From Blastocladiella emersonii ATCC 22665 (lineage: Eukaryota; Fungi; Blastocladiomycota), in the NCBI GenBank assembly GCA_025594325.1, contig JANHCV010000002.1, positions 1 to 64,000 on the forward strand: a DNA stretch of 64,000 nucleotides, in the 5' to 3' direction. Positions 55,477-64,000 of the stretch are shown in pieces (the first letter of the stretch is position 1; every line of letters starts with the position of its first letter). The notes beneath the pieces were generated by a model, which was given only the letters and a program-made list of their open reading frames with translations, ran no database searches and had not been told where the DNA came from. The translations under genes and the position numbers were made by a program.

Positions 55477-57751
55477 ATGGTCGTGACTCGTGGAGGCTCA
55501 GCCGCTGTCTCCGCGGCGAGACAACTGCCGCTCCGACCACCCACTCGCGCCATGAAGCATTTTGAAAACCATGCACCGAAACTCCATGCATCATCCAGCA
55601 GCGCGCGATCCATGGGCCATGCGCCGAATCAGCACGGATCGCGGGATCCGAAGCCTCACAGCCGTGGACCGGCTCCCATGATCGTTAAGCTTGAGCCGAA
55701 TGTGTCGCGGCCCGTTAAGGTCGAGGACCGCCATGACGCGAAGCGGGTACGTCAACTCCCACCCTACTGTCCGACAGCGCGGCCGAGTGACGCTCGAGGC
55801 CGTCAGTCTAGGACCGCGCGACACGAGGGCGGGTACGACCCGCGAGCGACGGCGTCTAGCTCGCCAGACGACGGCCCGATGCACCGGCCTCGCTTCAGCC
55901 AGCCGAGCGACTCGCAGAAGCGCGCGGCCGAGCTCGTACTCGCCGGCCACAACGTGCTGATCCACGGTCCAGGCGGCACAGGTACGATTGGACAGCTTTA
56001 TCCTCGTCGGAGGCGCGCCGCTGACTCGACCACACCGCGCACCCGCCCCATAGGCAAGTCGTACCTGATCGACTACCTCGTCCGCAAGCTGCAAAAACAG
56101 GGCAAGACGGTCGATGTCACGGCAACGACGGGGATTGCCGCGGTACGCGCCTTGATCTACCGCGAGAGGCGGCTAAGCTGACCCGCCTTCGCACGTCCTC
56201 AGGTCAACATTGGCGGCGAGACGCTGCACAGTTGGGCGCGGATCGGCAAGGGCCCGAGCGACCTGCCCGACCCTGCACACGAGCCGGACGCCGCGGAGCA
56301 GCGCGTTCGAAACAAGCGGCGCAGCGAGCTCTCTCACGCCCGCCGTGGGCTCGACGGCGACGACGCGTCCTTGCCCAACCTGCTTCCGAAGACAGACGTG
56401 CTCATCATCGACGAGATCTCGATGCTCAAGGCCTCGCTGTTCGAGTACATCAACGCGCACGTCAAGGTCCAGGCCGAGCTCCGCGCCAAGGCCACGGGCG
56501 CGTTCAGCGCGTACCGCAACGACCGCGCCCTGCCGCCGTGGAAACAGTTCTTTGGCGGGATCCAGGTTGTTTTCGTCGGCGGTACGTTGCTCCCTTCCCG
56601 CCCATGGCACCTCGCACTTACGCTTCACCCGCCCGCTAGACTTCTTCCAGCTGCCGCCCGTCGAAGAGACGCTGCGGCTGACGGCGAGCGGGTACCGGCA
56701 GTTCCAGCCACACGACGCGCTGTACGTGTTCCAGGCACCGTCGTTCCGCGAGGCCAACGTGCGGGTCGTGAACCTCGACGTCAACTTCCGCCAGCGCGAG
56801 GATGACGCCGAGGCCGATACGGGCAGCGCGGCGGCCAACGCCGCGTTCCGGTCGCTCCTCGCGGCGATCCGGACGCGCGGGTTCGCGGGGCTCACGGCGC
56901 AGCACCACTCGCTGCTCGGCTCGCTCACGCTGCCCATGACCGTCAAGGCGGACCCGAGCGACCCGCCGCCGCTGTACCTGTACACGTCCAACGCGGCGGC
57001 CAAGGCGCACAACGACGCGAGCATGGCCAAGCTCGGCACCGCGGTCCCGGCCGCCGTGTACGAGGCCGTCGACTGGGCGCACCCGGACCGGCGCCAGTTC
57101 CCGCAGGCGCTCAACGCGCTGCTTGCGGGCGAGGCACGGCTCACGGACGAGCGGCTCGAGCTCAAGGTCGGCGCCGCCGTCATGTGCGTCAAGAACGTCG
57201 ACCCGCAGCACGAGTACGGCAAGCTCGCGCGCGGCACGTCGATCCCCGAGAGCGCGTCGGCCGCGATCAAGGGCGGCCCGATCCGCAACGGGATGCGCGG
57301 CACCGTCATTGGCTTCGACGCGAACCGGCTCCCGCGCGTCCGGTTCCAGGCCGTCGGCCGCAACAAGGCGTTCGAGACGACGATCCTCCCCGTGCTGTTC
57401 GAGCACCGCACGCGCGTGGTGCCGCCGCCGCGCGAGGACGACGACGGCAACATGGTCACGTACGAGCGGCCCGTCCAGATCACGGTGGCGACGCGGCTGC
57501 AGCTGCCGCTCACGGTCGCGTTCGCCGTGACGGTGCACAAGTCGCAGGGCCTGACGCTCGACCGCGCCGTCGTCGACCTCGCCAAGGTGTTTGCCAAGCA
57601 CCAGACGTACGTTGCGCTGTCGCGCATGCGGTCCGTGACGGGGCTCCAGGTCCTCAATCTCCAGCCCAGGTCGATCGAGGTCGATGCGCGCGTCGTCGAG
57701 TGGCACGAGGCCGAGGTGCAGCGGGAGCGCGAAGAGGGGAGCAGGGGATGA
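55477..57751 (+). CDS. PIF1: Pif1-family helicase copy 2 (intact)
   Basis: GPGGT|GKS, IIDEISML, DFFQLPP, LELKVGAAVMCVKN, NGMRGTV, QLPL..AFAVTVHKSQGLTLD, YVALSR. Introns 55982-56053, 56143-56202, 56582-56639. Start uncertain (55465 or 55477). Confidence 0.88.
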
Positions 57752-57794
57752 TGATGTCTAGGCTGGCAAAACACTATATAAAAAAGGAGAATCA

Positions 57795-59060
57795 TCAAAG
57801 CAGACTGTCCATGCGCGCGAACACGGACACGATGGCGGCGACAATCTCGAGCTGCTCGACGCCGTTGACGACGACGGGCTGGCCCTGGACGGCGGCATCA
57901 TCCCAGCGCGCGAACGCGACGAGCAGGTCGTCGGCGCGGCTCCACGCGGCCTCGCGCTCGCCGAGCGTGGGTAGCCGCGCGAGCACGTTCTCGAGGACGT
58001 TGCCCGAGTGCGCGGCCGCGACGAGCGCCACGGTGCGCAGCGTCGTGCCCGTCGACCACGCGGCGGTGCCGGGCGACCCGCGCAGCGTGGTCAGGACGCG
58101 CGTCGCGATCTCGTCCTTGCACGCCGTGTCGGCGACCGGGTGCGTCGCCATGTCGAAGATGACGAAGCTGCGGCGCTCGGTCCGCAGCACGCCCTTGTCG
58201 ACGAGGCCCTTGGCGAGCCGCTCGCGCACCTGGCGCAGCTGGTACGACACGCGCAGAATGTTCCACGTCTCGCCTACACCGTGCAGCGAGTGAGCGAGCC
58301 GTCAATTGAGTCGCAGAACGCGCGATAGCGACGTACCACTGAGGAGGTCCATCCAGGTTGCAATGCTCCAGTACTCGCCGGGCCCGTCGCCGCCCTGGCC
58401 AAACTGGGACGCGGTCGAGCCGCGGCGGCCATTGGACGCGGTTGGTGGCGGTGCGGACGCGGAGGCGAACTTGGCCGAGGAGGCACCGTTCGTGTAGTCG
58501 GTGCCTGTTGGTGGTGCGGCGGACGCGGAGAAGGTGCCGTCCTGGGTCTGGCGGATGAGGCGCAGGGTCTCGTCGAGTAGGACCTCGCCGGTCGGGCGGG
58601 TGTTGACGACGCAGATCGGGCGATCCTGGAGGTGCAGGCGCTTGCGGTCGTTGGAGGGGACCATGGCGATGCGGCCGCGCAGGGCGAGCTCCATGAGGAT
58701 GCAGCCGCGCAGCACGTAGCTCAGCGAGTCGTTCCAGAAGGACAGGTAGCCCTGCTTGTCCTTGAGGCCGAGCAGCAGCACCTCCTCCATGAGCGTGAGG
58801 CGCGGCGACCGGTTGGCGCCGCCGTCGGTCACGTCGCGGTCGGCGCCCTCGAGGATCTCGGTCGGGTCCCACGCCAGCCGCGTCCCGTCGGCCGTCAGCG
58901 TGCTCACCGACACGGCGCGCCCGCCCGCGCTCCCGCCCGTCGTGGTCGGGCCCGCCGCCGCCGCGGGGATGCCCGCCGAGGACGCGGTCATGACGTCGCC
59001 CTCGCTGCCGGTCACGCCGCCGGCGCCCATGTTCCCGCGTCGCCGCGTGAGGCCAGACAT
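57795..59060 (-). CDS. VPS74: Golgi phosphoprotein 3 / Vps74
   Basis: Motifs [50 protein letters not shown]...[17 protein letters not shown]. One intron near 58.3 kb. Confidence 0.93.
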
Positions 59061-59310
59061 GGTGGTATCGATATCGGTATCGGCGCTGATTCGTTGCAGG
59101 ATGTGGCCGGGAGAGGAGAACACTCTATCCTTCTGCCTTGAGGGGTGGCGTAGCTCGCCCTTGGCGGGTCGGTCGGCGCCACGTCACGCCGCCTCACGCG
59201 CGTATGAAATCTGTCTCGCGACGCGTCTCGCAAATCACGCCGCACTCTACGAGGCAGAAGGCCCTTCGGCGTCAATACTCTGCGTTACCGCACTCGTGTA
59301 TTCCACCGTC

Positions 59311-61850
59311 TCAGTGGTGGTACTGCTCGGCCATGATCAGGACCACGAGCGCAGACCACCCAGTGAACGGGTGCGACCCGCGCGGCTCGCCCGTCTCGCC
59401 GTGGTAGTTCTCGAACAGGAACCCGGCCTTGGCGTACGCGCGCTCGACGGTTCGGATCACGTCGCCGCGGATCGCCGTGTACAGCTGCTCGGCCTCGGGC
59501 GACGCGTCGCGCGCGCGGTGCAGCGCGCCGAGGACCAGGTACTGCCAGTTGATCCACACGGCGCCGCGCCAGTAGTCCTCGCCGCGCGCGTACGCGGGGT
59601 CGTCCGGGTGCAGCGACCGGACCCCGTGCCCGGGCGCTGCGAGCTCGCGGATCAGCTGCAGCGACCACTTGAACGCCGCCGGTTGCGCCGCCGGGTCGAC
59701 GAGCCCGAGCGCAAACGGCAGCAGCGACACGTACCCGCGGCGAACCACGCGCACCGACTCGTCCTCGCTCGACGACACGCCGAGGTCGCCGAACCCGGGC
59801 TCCTCGCCGCCAGCGCCGTCTGACCAGAACAGCGCGTGCAGGGCCTCGCGCCCGCCGCGCGCCGCGGCCTCGAGCTCGGCCGCCTCGGCCGTGTGGCCCG
59901 ACGCGCGCGCGAGGGCGGCGAGCGTCTGCGCCTGCCACGCCATCCACGCCGTCAGGTCGACGTGCAGCTCGCCAATGTGCGGCGGATCGGCCCGCGGGTA
60001 GTCGTCGAGCCCCGACGCAAAGTTGTGCCGCTCGGTGCGCCCGCGCCACCGGTACACCTCCTTGGACGGCGCGTCGCGCCCGAAATCGTCGGGGATCCCC
60101 GCCTGCGTCGCGCGGTACCACTCCCAGTGACGCAGCATCGCGGGGAAGTGCGTGCGCAGGAACGCAGCCGTGTCGGTGCTCGAGTCCGAGGCGCGGCCGA
60201 TGAACGAGTCGGAGACCGATGGGTCCGCGAACTGGCCCGTGGCGGCGCTGCGGACGGCGAGCGCGCGGGCGGCGAGGACGAGGGTTGGCGGGTTGGCAAT
60301 GTGGGGCGACTGGACCTGGAACTCGGCGGGGACCTTGGACCGGGCTTCGTCGCCGAGAATCTGCTCGCGGGCGATCCACCCGTCCTTGTCCTGGGTCGCG
60401 TACCACGACACGAGCACGTCGCGGGTGAGGGACGGGTCCCACGCCTGGACGAGCAGCTGGTGGAAGCCCTCGTCCCACAGGAAGCCGCGCGGGAAGAAGG
60501 AGCGCGAGGGCGTGCCCGTGAACAGCGAGTAGGGGCGGGTGGCGCGGACGCGCGCGTCCTTGGCGGCCTTCCACGCGCGGTACGCCTCGTCGTCCTCGTT
60601 TTCGTCCTCGGGGTAGTAGAGCCAGTCGAAGACGGCGGCCTCGTTGTCCGGGGTCGGGTTGACGCGCGCGTTGCCGTAAAAGTAGCCGTGGCCGCCGAGC
60701 AGGTTGCTGAGGGCGTACTTGGCCATCTGGACCGACGCGGCGGAGAAGCCGCGCTTGGTCAGGCCGAAGGTGGACTCGAACTGTGCATCGAACGCGGCGT
60801 TCCGCTCGGCAGCGGCGGACGCAAAGGTATCAAACGCGGTTGCGGCGACTACGGGCCGGGCATCAGTTCCGTATGAAATGGCGAGTGACAGCGGGGTCGC
60901 GTACCATCAGCAGCGACGGCACCCGGATGGGCCGAGGCCGACACAAAGGTGATATCAACGGTGAAGGGGCCGGCAAAGTTGATCTGCGCGACGGCGGCGG
61001 TGACGTCGGCGAGATCGGGGTCCTCGCGGTCGCCGGGCGCGACGAGCGAGAAGAGGTCGGCGGGCGGTGGCAGTTCCTTGCCGCCGGTACGAGTGATCTC
61101 GGCGACGGTCTGCTGGGCGCGCAAGTTGAGGACCTGGGCGACTGAGTCCATGATCTGCCAGACGCGGCCCTTGGGGATGGGCAACGACGCGACGCGCGGC
61201 GCGTTCCAGGCGGGGCCGGCAACGAGGCTGTCGGGGTCGACGCGCACGAACATGTCAAAGTCAGCGAGCTCGGCCGTCTTGCCGTGAAGCATGTGGACGA
61301 CGTTCTTGCGTTCGCCGCCGAGCAGCGCGGCGGGGTCGCGGGCGTGCGGGCTGCTCACGACGCCGTTGCCCTCGAGGCCGGCGTAGTAGAAGAGGGCGAC
61401 GGCAGCGGGCTTGGTCGGGTCGAGCGGCTCGCCGCGCACGCGCACGGTCCAGTCGCCGCCGTGGTCGCCACCGGGGGCGTGCAGCCACTCGGTGGACAGG
61501 TGCAGGTTGCTGGCCGTGTCGTTGACGGTCTGGCGGGCGTAGTCGCGGCCGTTGTGCGCCGCGTACCCGTAGCCGGCCATCTTGTGGGCCTGGTCGCACG
61601 CGTGGCGCACCGACTGCAGGCCGGCATAGTCGTTGAGCGGGAACCAGGCGAGCCCCGTCAGCAGCGACTCGGGCGCGCGCGTGCGGGTGCCAAAGTAGAG
61701 GTTGGGCCGCCACGTGCCCCAGAAGCGGGCGTCGGCGGCGGCGGGCGACGCGGCGGCGGCCGTCGCGGTGGTGGTAAGGACGGCGAGGACCGCGAGGGCG
61801 GCCAGCGCGGCCAGGCCGGCGCCGTGCATAGGGTCTCGAATCCGTTTCAT
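59311..61850 (-). CDS. CWH41: Mannosyl-oligosaccharide glucosidase I (GH63)
   Basis: Motifs FWGTWRPNLYFG, LFTGTPSRSFFPRGFLWDEGFH, GWIAREQILG, ANPPT, FASGLDDYPR, YWRGAVWIN, FLFENY, FTGWSALV. Intron 60904-60849. Confidence 0.94.
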
Positions 61851-62053
61851 GGTTGGCGGGTATCGTGCACGGGAGGGCGGGAGGGAGAGAAGGGGAGGGA
61901 GGAAAGAAAGATCGGCGCGTGGACGCGTGGCACCGCGCCGCCGCCGTCGCCATCGCGCCTGTCGCACGCGCTCAACCCTCTCCCCACAGCCTGCCCACAC
62001 CATGGAACGCGGCCCGCGCGCACCGCCACTGACCGCAACGACCCGCCGGCACC

Positions 62054-64000
62054 ATGGATGACCGCCTCCCGCCCGGCCCCGGCGCACCCGCCGACAACGG
62101 CGATGACCTCTTCTTCGAGGAGCCCGACGACGTGCACTCGCGCCGCGCCAGCTCGGTCGCGTCCTCGTCCTCGGCCCACTCGCGCGCGGACAGCCGCGAG
62201 GGGAGCTACGACGGCAGCGACGCCGACAGCGACGGGGATGGAGATACCTCGCTCGCCTCGCTTCCGCGCGCCTCGTCGCCGGACAGCGACTACGGCGGCG
62301 CGCACAACGCCGACGACGACCTCTTCTTCTTCTACCAGCCACCACCCACGCTTGGCGAACGCTCCGACTCGCCCGCGTCGTCGGCGTCGTGGACCACCGT
62401 CTCGTCGCCGTCGTCCTCGTCATCATCGTCCCATACATCACCCTCAATCGCAACCGCGTCGCCCTCGCCACCCGCTTCGCCCTCGGCCGCTGCCACCTTT
62501 GCCTCGCCATCGCCACCACCGATCCCGGTTCTCGCGCCACCGTACGCCTAGCCTGCTCGAACGCAGGCTCAGACTTCGCTGATCCACCACATTCTCGATA
62601 GATTGAACGTGTCGCCTGCCCCCATCGACGCCGCTGCGCCATTACCGCCACGATCCGCATCCGCACCCGCACAAGTGCAGTTGCCCTCACCGGCACCTGC
62701 GCCAGCAGCAACCGCACCAACAGCAGCACTACCAACAGCAGCAACACCAGCACCAGCACTAGCACCACCCGCCCAGGATACGCCCGTGTGCCGCATCTGC
62801 CGCGACGAGGCCACCCCCGACATGCCCCTGCACCGCCCCTGCAAGTGCACCGGCTCCATCCAGCACGTCCACCAGGCCTGCCTGCTCGAGTGGCTTTCCC
62901 GCTCGGGCAAGGACGCCTGCGAGGTGTGCGGCTGCGCCTTCACCTTCAGCCCCGTCTACCGCGCCGACATGCCGCGCATCGTCCCGCCCACCGTCGTCGT
63001 GCGCGAGATCGTGCGCTCCCTCGTCGTCCACGTCCTCCTCTACTGCCGCGTCCTCCTCGTCCTCGCCATCTGGCTCATCGCCGTGCCCTCGCTCGTCCTC
63101 TTCGTGTGGCGCCTCGCCTTCCGCTTCACCCGCGTCCGCTCGATCGCCGACAGCGCCGCCGCCTTCCCGACCTCGCGCGCCGACCTCGCCGCCTACATCA
63201 ACCTCTCGCCCCACCCGTCCGACTGGCTCCCCACCTGGCTCCCCGAGGACCTCGTCTACGGCCAGGTCCTGTGCGCCACCGCCGTGTCCATCGCCATCCT
63301 CCTCTTCCTCATCAAGGAGTGGGCCCTCGACGCCTTCCAGGTCGCCCTCGAAGCCGAGCGCCGCGCCCTCCGCGAGAAAGCGCGGGCCGACGCCGCCGCC
63401 CTGGGACGCTCCAACGCCGACGTAGCCGCCAAGCAGGCCGCCGTGGTCCGCGCCGAGGCGACCGTGGAGCGCCACGAAATCCGGGTCGCTGCGCTCCGCG
63501 ACTCGGTTGATGCACACGACGCCTCTCTGCTGCGCTCCCGCGGCCTCGTCCAAGACGCCGAGCGCCGCCTCGCCCTCGCCGGCGACGACCAGGGCACGGC
63601 TGACGTTATCAAGGCCGAACTCGATGCCGCTTTGAAGGGCAGTGAGGCAACTCTCCGCGAGGACCTCGCGAATATCAGAGAGCGCGAGCGGGAGCAGTTC
63701 GCTGCCCTCGATGCCCGCGTGGCTGCCCTTAATCTCCCCGATCTCCCACCACCAGAAGCAGCGCCGGAACCCGCCGGCGAGCCTGAGCCAGATGCGGGCC
63801 CGGCCCCCGCCGAGATCGAGGTCGAGTACGAGGACCCGTGGCAGTCTGCCGCTGCCGCCGCGGCCGCCGCACGTCCCGCCGACGTCGACGTCGACCCGCC
63901 CATCAACGTGGACGATCTCCCGCCCGCTGCGCCCGTCGTCGAACCCCCAGCGAACCCCGACAACCGCCCCGCGGCCGACGCCGGCGGCCTCGACGAGCTG
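62054..64000 (+). CDS. DOA10: Doa10/MARCH6-like RING-CH membrane E3 ligase (3' end outside the window)
   Basis: Intron 62542-62601. CRICRDEATPDMPLHRPCKCTGSIQHVHQACLLEWLSRSGKDACEVC followed by FSPVYRADMP and TM helices. Confidence 0.88.

Overview
This is the left end of a chromosome from a GC-rich, intron-containing eukaryote. It is most likely a zoosporic fungus (Blastocladiomycota-like, by inference): fungal-type GGC1 and GT71 genes sit beside flagellum/centriole-linked CFAP96 and NEDD1, and introns are 55-120 nt with GTACGC/GTGCGC donors. Three zones are visible. (1) 1-95 is a telomere of the non-canonical repeat (TTTAGG)n, read here as AAACCT. (2) 96-18781 is a head-to-tail array of about 6.54 copies of a 2857-bp unit that appear identical. 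The unit has no credible protein ORF. It carries an E2F/MCB-like motif cluster, G4 tracts, a CpG-depleted decayed half with an internal 156-bp-spaced repeat, and a tRNA-like element with a B-box and CCA. The array is capped by telomere mid-unit and joins unique DNA mid-unit. (3) About 19.9-64 kb is gene-dense, with about 20 genes: RegA-like REC-phosphodiesterase, secreted App1-like phosphatase, NEDD1, GGC1, an LRR-like protein, a GPI-anchored zincin, a small secreted protein, GMD, ValRS, GT71, RBM26, CFAP96, OXA1, two tandem Pif1 helicases (the first with an in-frame TGA-CTG), VPS74, CWH41, a partial DOA10 and three hypothetical proteins. The most interesting signals are the telomere-capped homogeneous array and the Pif1 pair. 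All homology calls come from motifs I recognised by eye; no database search was run.
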